Assembly: GCA_020632515.1 (NCBI GenBank)
Contig: JACKFK010000004.1
Coordinates: 68-64,067 of the forward strand
Direction of reading: 5' to 3'
Length of the DNA: 64,000 nt
Source: Candidatus Omnitrophota bacterium
Lineage (GTDB): Bacteria; Omnitrophota; Gorgyraeia; Zapsychrales; Zapsychraceae
This document shows positions 36,496-45,880 of the stretch, piece after piece. The notes beneath the pieces were generated by a model that worked only from the letters and a program-made list of their open reading frames with translations, searched no databases and was not told where the DNA came from. Position numbers and translations under genes: made by a program. Numbering within the stretch: the stretch's first letter is position 1; every line of letters starts with the position of its first letter.

Positions 36496-37557
36496 ATGAA
36501 ATTATTTTTATATAAACTAGCGACTGATCAAATTCAAGGTTTTGGGCCGGGGATTTTAAAGGCTGGATTGCTTGTTTTATCATTTTTTTATGATGCGATC
36601 GTACGCCTGCGGCGTATTTTTTATAAAACAGGTATTTTTCCTTCAACGAAATTAAGGGTTCCGGTTATCAGTATTGGGAATTTAACTGTGGGAGGATCAG
36701 GAAAAACACCTTTAGTGCAATGGCTCGCCGAGCATTTGAAGCAGAAGCAAAAGAAAGTTGTTATATTAACGCGTGGTTATATGCCAGAAAATAAAACTTC
36801 GAAACAACCTTGCAGCGACGAAGCGCAAATGCTAGTAGAAAATTTAAAAGATATCCCGGTTTTAGTTGGCGCGGATCGAAGCCGCAACGCGCAGGCTTAT
36901 TTAGAAAAAGACTCGGCCAATTTTTTTCTTTTAGATGATGGTTTTCAACATCTGCCGTTACAGCGGGACTTTGATGTTGTCGTAATTGATTGTACGAATC
37001 CATGGGGCAATGGATGTGTTTTACCGCGAGGTATTTTGCGGGAATCGATTTCAACGTTAAAAAAGGCCGCAGCTGTTATTTTAACAAAAACAGATCAGAA
37101 TCCATCGCAAGTGCCGCTGATTCAGGAAAAAGTAAGAAAGGTTAATCCGAACGTTTTGGTTTTAGAAACGTCACATCAACCTAAAGAATTAATTCAATTA
37201 AGTGATCAAAAATCTTATAATTATGACAAACTAAAAGAAAAGAAAGTCTGTATAATGTGCAGTATCGGTTCACCTGCATCATTCGTGCAGACTGTTAGAC
37301 AATGCGGGTATATTCCTGAAAAGCAATTTTTATTTATGGATCATCATCATTACCGCAGAGATGAGGTTGCCATGATTATCGAGGAATGCCAAAAAGAAAA
37401 TATTAACGCTATTGTTACAACACAAAAAGATGCTGTTAAACTGCGTGCCTTTATGGATCAATTCGCGGGTCGGGTTGGAGTTTACGCGTTAAAGATAAGC
37501 ATTATTTTTAAAGAAAACGAGGATGTTTTAATTGAAAGAATTCTTAATTTATCATAG
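36496..37557 (+). CDS. lpxK: tetraacyldisaccharide 4'-kinase
   Basis: 353 aa. P-loop VISIGNLTVGGSGKTP, plus DDGFQH. Confidence 0.92.
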   Translation: MKLFLYKLATDQIQGFGPGILKAGLLVLSFFYDAIVRLRRIFYKTGIFPSTKLRVPVISIGNLTVGGSGKTPLVQWLAEHLKQKQKKVVILTRGYMPENKTSKQPCSDEAQMLVENLKDIPVLVGADRSRNAQAYLEKDSANFFLLDDGFQHLPLQRDFDVVVIDCTNPWGNGCVLPRGILRESISTLKKAAAVILTKTDQNPSQVPLIQEKVRKVNPNVLVLETSHQPKELIQLSDQKSYNYDKLKEKKVCIMCSIGSPASFVQTVRQCGYIPEKQFLFMDHHHYRRDEVAMIIEECQKENINAIVTTQKDAVKLRAFMDQFAGRVGVYALKISIIFKENEDVLIERILNLS

Positions 37558-39493
37558 TATCCGTATCTTCGGAGTTTTTATCCGGTATTTACCCATGCAT
37601 ACGGCCTTAGCCATTGGCAAATTTATAGGGATTCTAGCCTACTATTTTGATTACAGGCATAAGGCACAGACATATGCCAATCTTAAAATGGCTTTTGCCG
37701 AATCTAAATCACCAGACGAGTTACGTAAGATTACGAAACAGTTATTTAAAAATTATGGACAGAATTTTATTGAACTGTTTCGCCTTCCTTTATTAACACC
37801 GGAAAAATTTAAAGAGCTGGTGAAGATTGAAGGGAAGGAGCATGTCGCTGAATCACTCAAACAAGGGAAAGGGTTGATTTTATTGGCTATGCATTTTGGT
37901 AGCTGGGAGTTAGCTAGTTTATCTTGCGCGATGTTTGATTATCCTTATAAAGTAATTGTTAAGCCGCAGAATAAATATACACAGTTAGATAATTTATTGA
38001 ATTCGTATAGAGAATGTAATGGGTCGGTCGTCCTTTCTCGTGGATTAGGAACGAGAGATTTTGTTAAAAGTCTAAAGAACAATGAGATCATTGGAATGGT
38101 TGTTGATCAAGGCGGGCGTGACGGTGTGAGAGTGCCATTCTTCGGACGGCAGGCTTCTATGTCGGTTGGGGCGATTCGGATGGGATTAAAATGGGGCGTA
38201 CCCATTTGTTTTTGCATTATCGTCCGGGAAAAAGGACCGTATCATCGGATGATTGTCCATCCACCGCTGGAATTGACTAAGACAGACAATTTTGATCAAG
38301 ATGTAGTTAATAATCTTGAGAAAATTTCGCAACTAATGGAAAAATTCATTCAGCAATATCCATCGGAATATATGTGGTTTTATAAGATTTGGAAATATTC
38401 TAAGCAGTCCAATATTTGTATTATCAGTGACGGTAAAACAGGCCATTTACGGCAGTCTGAATGTATCGGCAGAATGGTGCAAGACGCATTAAAGGAACGG
38501 GATATTCAATCCTCTATTGAAACGATTCAGATTGTTTTTAAAAATAAATTCTACCAGCGTTTTTTTAGTTTGCTGTCTCGCATGGTCCATCCGGTTATTT
38601 ATCAAGGAAGATTAGAGTTTTTAAAACAGCTTTTAACCAAAGAATCTTTTCAAAAGGTTATGGCGGTTAAGGCGGATTTTTTTGTGTCTTGCGGATCGTC
38701 GGTGGCAGGGATCAATTATTGGCTTTCTCAAGATCATAACGCGAAAGCAATCGCGATTCTTAAACCGGGAATGTTAACCGCAAAACATTTCGACTTGTTA
38801 TTTCTGCCACAGCACGATGTAAAAACACCGCCGCGTAACCAGAATGTTGTGATCACTAAAGCGGCGCCGAATTTGATTACTCCGCAATATTTAAAAGAGC
38901 AATCAGAGGTTTTATTAAAACATTTCTCGCATTTGAAACAACGGCTGCGAACAAAGATTGGCGTTTTTATAGGCGGGGATGCAAAGGATGTTTATTTATC
39001 GGAAAACATGATACGCTTGATTGTTCATCAATTGAAACAGATTTGTAATGAGATGAATGCGGATATTCTCCTTACAACTTCTCGAAGGACACCTTCGAGC
39101 ATTGATCATCTTTTAATCAAAGAGTTAAAGAAATTTCCTAACTGTCCTTTGCTTATTATTGCCAATAAGGAAAATATACCGGAAGCGGTTGGCGGTATTT
39201 TAGGGTTAGCAGATATTGCGGTTGTGTCGGGGGATAGTATATCTATGGTTTCGGAAGCGGCTTCATCTGGAAAACAAACAATTGTTTTTTCACCGCATTC
39301 CCGCGCAATTGTTTTAGGTAAAAATAATAAACATGTGAAGTTTATCGATAATTTAAATAAACAGGGTTTTATTGTATCGGCGGATGTTAAAAATGTGGGG
39401 CAGGCTGTTTTTGATGTCATTAAGAATAAAATTCATACGCGGCAGCTTCAGGATAATAAAGCAATCTTAGAAGCTGTTAGGAAAGTCATTTAA
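37532..39493 (+). CDS. fusion: lipid A late acyltransferase (LpxL/HtrB family) plus ELM1/DUF1022-family domain
   Basis: 653 aa, TTG start behind GAGGA. N-half has AMHFGSWE (HX4D/E acyltransferase motif). C-half (from about 38402) has ISDGKTGHLRQS, LTTSRRTP and VSGDSISMVSEAASSGK, typical of the ELM1-like family. Confidence 0.8.
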   Translation: MKEFLIYHSIRIFGVFIRYLPMHTALAIGKFIGILAYYFDYRHKAQTYANLKMAFAESKSPDELRKITKQLFKNYGQNFIELFRLPLLTPEKFKELVKIEGKEHVAESLKQGKGLILLAMHFGSWELASLSCAMFDYPYKVIVKPQNKYTQLDNLLNSYRECNGSVVLSRGLGTRDFVKSLKNNEIIGMVVDQGGRDGVRVPFFGRQASMSVGAIRMGLKWGVPICFCIIVREKGPYHRMIVHPPLELTKTDNFDQDVVNNLEKISQLMEKFIQQYPSEYMWFYKIWKYSKQSNICIISDGKTGHLRQSECIGRMVQDALKERDIQSSIETIQIVFKNKFYQRFFSLLSRMVHPVIYQGRLEFLKQLLTKESFQKVMAVKADFFVSCGSSVAGINYWLSQDHNAKAIAILKPGMLTAKHFDLLFLPQHDVKTPPRNQNVVITKAAPNLITPQYLKEQSEVLLKHFSHLKQRLRTKIGVFIGGDAKDVYLSENMIRLIVHQLKQICNEMNADILLTTSRRTPSSIDHLLIKELKKFPNCPLLIIANKENIPEAVGGILGLADIAVVSGDSISMVSEAASSGKQTIVFSPHSRAIVLGKNNKHVKFIDNLNKQGFIVSADVKNVGQAVFDVIKNKIHTRQLQDNKAILEAVRKVI

Positions 39494-39544
39494 ATATTAA
39501 AAAAATGAGTTAGCCTTGCAGTCTTCAGTTGTTAGCTTTCAGAA

Positions 39545-39586
39545 GTAAAAAGCCTTTTCTACAGCGTGATACGTATACTTTTTTTT
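39545..39586 (+). terminator. possible terminator: imperfect hairpin followed by T8
   Basis: GTAAAAAG (39545-39552) / CTTTTCTAC with one mismatch, then ATACGTAT and TTTTTTTT (39579-39586). Embedded in longer nested inverted repeats (AGCCTT/AAGGCT, GCTTTCA/TGAAAGC). Confidence 0.3.
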
Positions 39587-39637
39587 GAAAGCGAAGGCTG
39601 AGAACTAAAGACTAATCTATGAACGATCAAATCATCA

Positions 39638-41740
39638 ATGAAAATCCTCCAAATTCTTCCTGAACTTAATTACGGCGGCGTTGAAACCGGAACAATTGAT
39701 TTTGCTCAATATTTGGTTCAGCATGGTCATGATTCCTATGTGGTTTCTAACGGCGGTCAGCAAGTTATTCTTTTAGAAAAGAATGGTTCCAAACATATAA
39801 CGCTTCCGGTTCATCAAAAATCGCTTTGGACTATTTTAAAGATGATTAAAGTTTTACGGAAAATTATTCTTGATGAACAGATTGAAATTGTTCATGCCCG
39901 CTCCCGCGTTCCAGCCTGGATTGCGTATTTTGCTTGTAAGCAAACACCTGCTGTGTTTGTGACGACATGTCATGGGCATTATCAAAGCCGCCTATTCAGT
40001 CAAGTGATGGGCTGGGGAAAATATGTTATTGTTCCCAGTGCCGCGATCGGTCGGCATATGGTGGAGACATTTAAAGTGCCGCATGAACGGATTCGCTGTA
40101 TCGCGCGCAGCGTAAATCTAAAACGTTTCAAATTTAAAAATGAAGTTCAGAAAAAGAAAGATAAATATACGGTTGTTATAGTTGGTCGGATTACACCGCT
40201 TAAGGGGCATAATTATTTTATAAAGGCAATGGCGAAGGTTATTCGAAATATGCCCAACGTTCAGGTGAAAATTATAGGGGATGCACCGAAACGCAAGGAA
40301 GAATATCGAAAAGAACTGGAGTTGCTGGCAAAACGGTTAGGCCTTAAGGAACATATTGAGTTTATGGGCAATCGCAGTGATGTGGCCCAGTTATTAGAGA
40401 ATGTAGATTGTCTCGTTTTAGCGACTGTAACGCAAGAAGCGTTTGGCCGGGTTATCTTAGAGGCGCAAGCGATTGGAGTGCCGGTTGTCGCGACTCAGGT
40501 CGGCGGGGTTGTCGATATTATTGATGATGAACAAACAGGTTTGCTGGTTTTACCAAAGGATATTGATGCTATGGCTGATCAAGTGATGCGGATTTTACGA
40601 AACCGTGAATTTGCAACAACCTTAGTCCAGAACGCGCGGCATAAAGTTGAACAGAAATTCACAGTTGAACAAATGGCAGAGCAAACCTTGGCGGTTTATC
40701 AAGAAATGCAGGATAAGTTAGATATTTGCGTAGTTAAATTAAGTTCTGTTGGCGATGTGGTGCTGGTGACAGCCTCCTTAAAGGCGTTACGCAAAAAATA
40801 TCCTAAGGCAAAGATTTATTTCTTAGTTGGTCGAGAATCGTACAAAGTGATTCAGCATTGTCCTTATATTGATGAAATTATTATTTTTGATTTTAAGGGT
40901 AAAGAAAAAGGGACGCTGGGTTTTATTCGAAGGGTGTTCCGTTTGCGGCGGTATCAATTTGATATTATGATTGATTTTCAAAATAATCGTTTGAGTCATT
41001 GGTTGATTTATTTATCCTCGCCGATAAAGAGTTATGGTTATGATAATGGAAAGTGGGGTAATTTATTAACCAACTCTATTACGGATAAGGGGGAGCCTTT
41101 AAATCCGGTGGAGCATCAATTTCAAGTGTTAAAGGAATTGGGGATATCTTATAAAGGGCATCACTTTTTGGAATTATGGCCAACAAAGAAAGATCAGGAA
41201 TATGCGCATGATCTGTTATCTGGAGAATGGATTGGTGAGCAGCAAAGAATTGTTGGTATTAATGTGGCAGCATCGGCAAAATGGGAAACAAAGAACTGGC
41301 CTATTGAGAATATCGCGAAAATTTGTGATTTGTTTTCCGCAGAAAATATTCGTGTTGTATTAACTGGTATGCAGAAGGATAAAACGGCTGCCGCACAAAT
41401 TATTCATATGACAAAATCTAAACCTGCGGATTTAACCGGAAGAACCGATATGATGCAATTGGCAGCGGTGATTAAAATGTGTAAGGTTTATATCACAGCA
41501 GATTCAGCGCCTATGCATGTGGCTGCAGCGATGCGCACCCCGTTTATTGCTTTTTTTGGTCCAACCAGTTCTCAGCGTCATTTGCCCCCGGCTAAGAAAT
41601 GTAATGTTTTAGAAAAAACAATGGATTGCGCGCCTTGTTATAGTTCTCGTTGTAAGATTGCTACGCATGCCTGTATGAAAGAAATCAGTGTTCAGGAAGT
41701 TTATGAATCTGCATTAGATTTATTGGAGGATAATTCGTGA
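39638..41740 (+). CDS. fusion: GT4-family glycosyltransferase plus GT9-family (heptosyltransferase-type) glycosyltransferase
   Basis: 700 aa. N-half has EAFGRVILEAQAIGVPVVAT (GT-B E-x7-E). C-half (from about 40718) has KLSSVGDVVLVT and DSAPMHVAAAM, GT9 hallmarks. Confidence 0.8.
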   Translation: MKILQILPELNYGGVETGTIDFAQYLVQHGHDSYVVSNGGQQVILLEKNGSKHITLPVHQKSLWTILKMIKVLRKIILDEQIEIVHARSRVPAWIAYFACKQTPAVFVTTCHGHYQSRLFSQVMGWGKYVIVPSAAIGRHMVETFKVPHERIRCIARSVNLKRFKFKNEVQKKKDKYTVVIVGRITPLKGHNYFIKAMAKVIRNMPNVQVKIIGDAPKRKEEYRKELELLAKRLGLKEHIEFMGNRSDVAQLLENVDCLVLATVTQEAFGRVILEAQAIGVPVVATQVGGVVDIIDDEQTGLLVLPKDIDAMADQVMRILRNREFATTLVQNARHKVEQKFTVEQMAEQTLAVYQEMQDKLDICVVKLSSVGDVVLVTASLKALRKKYPKAKIYFLVGRESYKVIQHCPYIDEIIIFDFKGKEKGTLGFIRRVFRLRRYQFDIMIDFQNNRLSHWLIYLSSPIKSYGYDNGKWGNLLTNSITDKGEPLNPVEHQFQVLKELGISYKGHHFLELWPTKKDQEYAHDLLSGEWIGEQQRIVGINVAASAKWETKNWPIENIAKICDLFSAENIRVVLTGMQKDKTAAAQIIHMTKSKPADLTGRTDMMQLAAVIKMCKVYITADSAPMHVAAAMRTPFIAFFGPTSSQRHLPPAKKCNVLEKTMDCAPCYSSRCKIATHACMKEISVQEVYESALDLLEDNS

Positions 41741-42840
41741 AAATTCTTTTGCTGACAACACATATAAATGCGGGAGGTATTACCAGCTATCTGCTTACCC
41801 TGTGCAAAGGATTGATAAAAAATAATTGTCAGGTGCATCTTGTCAGCAGCGGGGGAGATAAAGAACAGCAATTTTTAGATATGGGAGTAAAATTATTTAC
41901 GATTGACCTTAAAACAAAATCAGAGCTCAGTTTAAAAATTTATTGGAATATCCCGCGGCTGCGACGGTATATTAACGAACAAAACATTAATATTATTCAT
42001 GCTCAAACAAGGGTAACTCAAGTTTTAGCTTTTTGGTTATCTCGGTTTACAAATATTATTTTTGTATCAACCTGTCACGGTTTTTTTAAAGTAAGACTTT
42101 CCAGAAAAATTTTTCCCTGTTGGGGGCAAGGAGTGATCGCGGTCAGTTCAGCGGTGCAGGAGCATTTAGTACGTGATTTTAAAATTGATTCTAAGATAAT
42201 TTCATTGATTCCTAATGGAATTGATCTTACACAATTTTCAATCTTAAATCGGACAGAGAAATTACAGATACGCAAACGGTTGGATTTAGGAGATGACGTT
42301 TTAATTGGTTTAACTGCGCGCTTATCGGATGTGAAGGGTCAAGATATTTTAATCAAGGCTTTTGGAAAAATTGCAGAACAATTTCCACAAGCGAAATTAA
42401 TATTGGTTGGAAAAGGCAAGTTTGAATCGTCTTTGCGGAAATTAGCCGATTCTTTGCAATTAAACGACCGAATTATTTTTCGCTTAACAACAGAAAATAT
42501 TTTTGATTATTTAGCTGTGTTGGATGTGTTTGTGGCACCATCGCGGCAGGAAGGGTTAGGATTATCTATTTTAGAAGCTCAGGCTAGTGGTTTGCCGGTG
42601 ATTGCGTCGCGCGTCGGGGGAATTCCTGGTATTATCGAAGATGGAAAAACAGGTTTGTTGGTGGAGTCAGAAAATCCAGAGGCTTTAGCAATAGCCATAA
42701 AAAGAATTTTAAGTGAGACCGCATTAGCCGACCAATTCAGGCAAACCGCCAGAACCTTTGTGGCAGAAAATTTTTCTGAACAGCAGATGGTAGAGAAAAC
42801 ATTAGAATTTTATAATGCTAAGCAAAAAATAAAAAAATAA
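41737..42840 (+). CDS. GT4-family glycosyltransferase
   Basis: 367 aa. EGLGLSILEAQASGLPVIASRVGGIP. GTGA overlap with the upstream gene. Confidence 0.85.
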   Translation: MKILLLTTHINAGGITSYLLTLCKGLIKNNCQVHLVSSGGDKEQQFLDMGVKLFTIDLKTKSELSLKIYWNIPRLRRYINEQNINIIHAQTRVTQVLAFWLSRFTNIIFVSTCHGFFKVRLSRKIFPCWGQGVIAVSSAVQEHLVRDFKIDSKIISLIPNGIDLTQFSILNRTEKLQIRKRLDLGDDVLIGLTARLSDVKGQDILIKAFGKIAEQFPQAKLILVGKGKFESSLRKLADSLQLNDRIIFRLTTENIFDYLAVLDVFVAPSRQEGLGLSILEAQASGLPVIASRVGGIPGIIEDGKTGLLVESENPEALAIAIKRILSETALADQFRQTARTFVAENFSEQQMVEKTLEFYNAKQKIKK

Positions 42841-43862
42841 TGGATAGCTATAAAAAAATACTTGTGATTAACGTCAACTGGCTGGGCGACGCGGTTTTTT
42901 CCATGCCTGTGTTTAGAACTTTGAAAGAATACTCGCCGGAAGCAAGCATAAGTTGTTTAGGCCCATCAAGGATTCGTCCCGTTATGGAGGCAACGCCAGA
43001 GGTAGATGAATTTATCGCTTTTGACGAAAAAGCAGCGCACAAAAGTGCATGGGCCAAATGGCAATTGATTACACAGTTGCGAAAAAAGAAATTTGATGCC
43101 GCAGTGATTTTGCATCGTTCATTAACACGGGCTTTGTTAGCATTTTTAGCGGGCATTCCGATTCGTGTCGGATATAACACGAAAAATCGAGGGATGTTGT
43201 TAACGAATCACGTTTCTTTGCCTTCAAAGGAGTTGCATCGCGCTGATCATTATCTTCACGTCCTTCAAGGTATTGGTATCAACGGATCCAAATCGCCTTC
43301 AACTTTAAATGTTTCTAAATCTGATCAAGAAGTTATTGAGAAAATCTTAATTGATCATCGTGTGAATCTAATGGAGCAATTGATTGTTATTCATTCTGGA
43401 GGGAATTGGGATTTAAAACAATGGCCAGTGCATTATTTTCAACAGTTAGTGCAAGGATTAGTTCAAAAGGAGGGGATCAAAATTATTTTAACAGGATCAC
43501 AAAAGGATCAGCCGCGGGTTAAAGATATTATCGGCGAATGCAGTGCACAGGTCGTGAATCTCACAGGAGAACTTGATATAAAGCAGTTTATCGCGCTGCT
43601 GAAAAGAGCGGATTTGTTAATTTCATCAGATTCGGGACCGCTGCATTTAGCCAATAATGTTGGTACAAACGTAATTGGGTTATTTGGGCCGACCCGTCCG
43701 GAAATTACCGGTCCTATAGGGCAAGGCAAGGCAATAATTTTGCAACATGATGTGCAATGTAATCAAAAGCCCTGTTATAATCTTAACTGTCCAAATAATA
43801 TCTGTATGCAGTCGATTTCTGTGGAAGAAGTTTTTAATGCCATTGATCAAATCAAAGATTAA
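42840..43862 (+). CDS. GT9-family glycosyltransferase (LPS heptosyltransferase type)
   Basis: 340 aa. NVNWLGDAVFSMPV, DSGPLHLANNVG, GLFGPTRP. Confidence 0.85.
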   Translation: MDSYKKILVINVNWLGDAVFSMPVFRTLKEYSPEASISCLGPSRIRPVMEATPEVDEFIAFDEKAAHKSAWAKWQLITQLRKKKFDAAVILHRSLTRALLAFLAGIPIRVGYNTKNRGMLLTNHVSLPSKELHRADHYLHVLQGIGINGSKSPSTLNVSKSDQEVIEKILIDHRVNLMEQLIVIHSGGNWDLKQWPVHYFQQLVQGLVQKEGIKIILTGSQKDQPRVKDIIGECSAQVVNLTGELDIKQFIALLKRADLLISSDSGPLHLANNVGTNVIGLFGPTRPEITGPIGQGKAIILQHDVQCNQKPCYNLNCPNNICMQSISVEEVFNAIDQIKD

Positions 43863-44793
43863 AAAGATTTTACTTATTTCTCTTACAAATATTGGAGATG
43901 TGGTTTTGACTTTTCCAGTATTTGATGTTTTAAGACAGCAGTTCCCCGACGCCGAAATATCGTTGGTGATAGGTCCAAAAGCCGATAGTTTATTTAAAGA
44001 GCATCCCGAAATTAAGCAGATTTATATTTATGATAAACACCAGCCGCATATTAAAACTATTCGCTGGATGATTACTTTATGGAAACAGCGTTTTGATTTA
44101 GTTGTGGATTTGCGCAATACCGCCATACCTTTTTTGATTTTCCCCAAGCAACGCACACCACTACATACTACTAAAGATGAGAGTATTCATATGCAGAAAA
44201 AGCATTTGAATCGCTTAAAGACGATTATGGATATTAAGGAAAAATCGGTTCCTAAGAAAGCAGTTTTTATCTCAAAGACAGATCAGCAGTTTGTTCATGA
44301 AATTATTAAAAAAGAAATACAAGATGGGGCATACGTGGTTTTTGCGCCAGGATCAGCTTTTCACGCAAAGCGCTGGAGTGCTCAGGGCTTCGCGTGGGTG
44401 GCCGACGATTTAATGCAAAAATATCAATTGAAAGCTGTGTTTGTGGGCGATGAGAATGATCAGGCCGTTGTTCAGGAAATTCAAAAGTTAATGAAGCATG
44501 AATTAATTGATCTGTGTGGACGGTTAAGCTTGATCCAGCTCGCCAGTTTACTGCAAGGTGCGTTTTTAGCAGTGGTTAATGACAGCGCGCCGATGCATTT
44601 AGCCAGCTATCTTAACATTCCGGTGTTGGCATTATTTGGTCCATCAGATCCAGAGAAATATGGTCCGTGGAGTGAGAACTGTATTTATTTAACCCCGCCA
44701 GGAAAGAATCAGGAGATCGCAACTATTTCCAGCGACAGAGTGATTAATGCAATTGCTATTCATCAAGGAAAAATTTCTTTTCAAGTAAAATGA
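43837..44793 (+). CDS. GT9-family glycosyltransferase (LPS heptosyltransferase type)
   Basis: About 318 aa from ATG 43837 (MPLIKSKIKKILLISLTNIGDVVL). DSAPMHLASYL, LFGPSDP. The ORF-track start at 43747 lies deep in the upstream gene. Confidence 0.82.
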   Translation: MPLIKSKIKKILLISLTNIGDVVLTFPVFDVLRQQFPDAEISLVIGPKADSLFKEHPEIKQIYIYDKHQPHIKTIRWMITLWKQRFDLVVDLRNTAIPFLIFPKQRTPLHTTKDESIHMQKKHLNRLKTIMDIKEKSVPKKAVFISKTDQQFVHEIIKKEIQDGAYVVFAPGSAFHAKRWSAQGFAWVADDLMQKYQLKAVFVGDENDQAVVQEIQKLMKHELIDLCGRLSLIQLASLLQGAFLAVVNDSAPMHLASYLNIPVLALFGPSDPEKYGPWSENCIYLTPPGKNQEIATISSDRVINAIAIHQGKISFQVK

Positions 44794-45833
44794 AATCTTA
44801 TCGAAATATTCTAATTATTCGAACAGATCGTATCGGTGATGTGGTCCTAACAACGTCTATCTTACAACCGTTAAGACAATGTTTTCCCAAAAGCCGTATT
44901 TCCATGTTGGTTTCGCCGGTGACTTTTGATTTAGTCAATGGGCATAAAGATATTGATGAAGTTTTTGTTGATGACCGTGCGGATTTACATAAAGGATTGG
45001 CGGGGTTTTTAAGGTTAATTAAAGAAATAAAAAGGAAAGACTTTGATGTGGCTATTATTTTCCACACTAAAAAAAGAACAAATGCGTTGTGTTATTTCGC
45101 GGGTATTCCGCGGAGAATAGGATATCGCAACAATAAGTTTGGGTTTTTGTTAACAGATTCTTTGACAGATCAGCGGCATTTGGGAGAAAAACACGAAACA
45201 CAATATTGTTTAGAGGTTGTTCAATATTTAGCAGGTAAAAAGGTTTTGCTTGGAGAGAACAAAATTATGATTAATAGCCAAGCAGAACAGTGGGCAGAGA
45301 ATTTATTTAAAGAAAATAAGATTGATGCCACCAGGAAGATTATCGCGATACACTTAGGAGCTAGTGACCCTGCTAAATGTTGGCCTCAAGAGAATTTTAT
45401 CGAGGTGATCACGCAATTACAGAAAAAATATCCAGCAGTTATTCTTTTAATTGGAGCTCAAAATACGAGTAATGCTTCTTCTATGGTTACACAAGCGGTT
45501 GCGGGGGATATTCATAACTTAAGCGGACAGACAACCGTAAAGCAGTTGGTCAGTATCTTAAAACGATGTGATTTATTAATTTCCAATGATTCGGGGCCGG
45601 TACATATCGCGGACGCATTAGGTGTGGCCGTGATATCGTTATTTACACGCAATCAACCAGGAATTAATCCGGAACGTTGGCGGCCATTGGGGAATAAGTC
45701 GCGGGTGATTAGTGTGTCCGCTACAAGTCATCTTTCTTTTCAGAAAGCCAATTCGCCGGATGTAAAATATCTCCAAGTTATTAAACCTCAGCAGGTTCTT
45801 GAAGAAGTTGACGCCCTTTTTAAACTATGCTAG
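44790..45833 (+). CDS. GT9-family glycosyltransferase (LPS heptosyltransferase type)
   Basis: 347 aa. IIRTDRIGDVVLTT, DSGPVHIADALG. ATGA overlap with the upstream gene. Confidence 0.85.
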   Translation: MKSYRNILIIRTDRIGDVVLTTSILQPLRQCFPKSRISMLVSPVTFDLVNGHKDIDEVFVDDRADLHKGLAGFLRLIKEIKRKDFDVAIIFHTKKRTNALCYFAGIPRRIGYRNNKFGFLLTDSLTDQRHLGEKHETQYCLEVVQYLAGKKVLLGENKIMINSQAEQWAENLFKENKIDATRKIIAIHLGASDPAKCWPQENFIEVITQLQKKYPAVILLIGAQNTSNASSMVTQAVAGDIHNLSGQTTVKQLVSILKRCDLLISNDSGPVHIADALGVAVISLFTRNQPGINPERWRPLGNKSRVISVSATSHLSFQKANSPDVKYLQVIKPQQVLEEVDALFKLC

Positions 45834-45880
45834 AATCGTTGCCTTTGAAGAAAATATAATTTATTTATAATATTAAGGTT

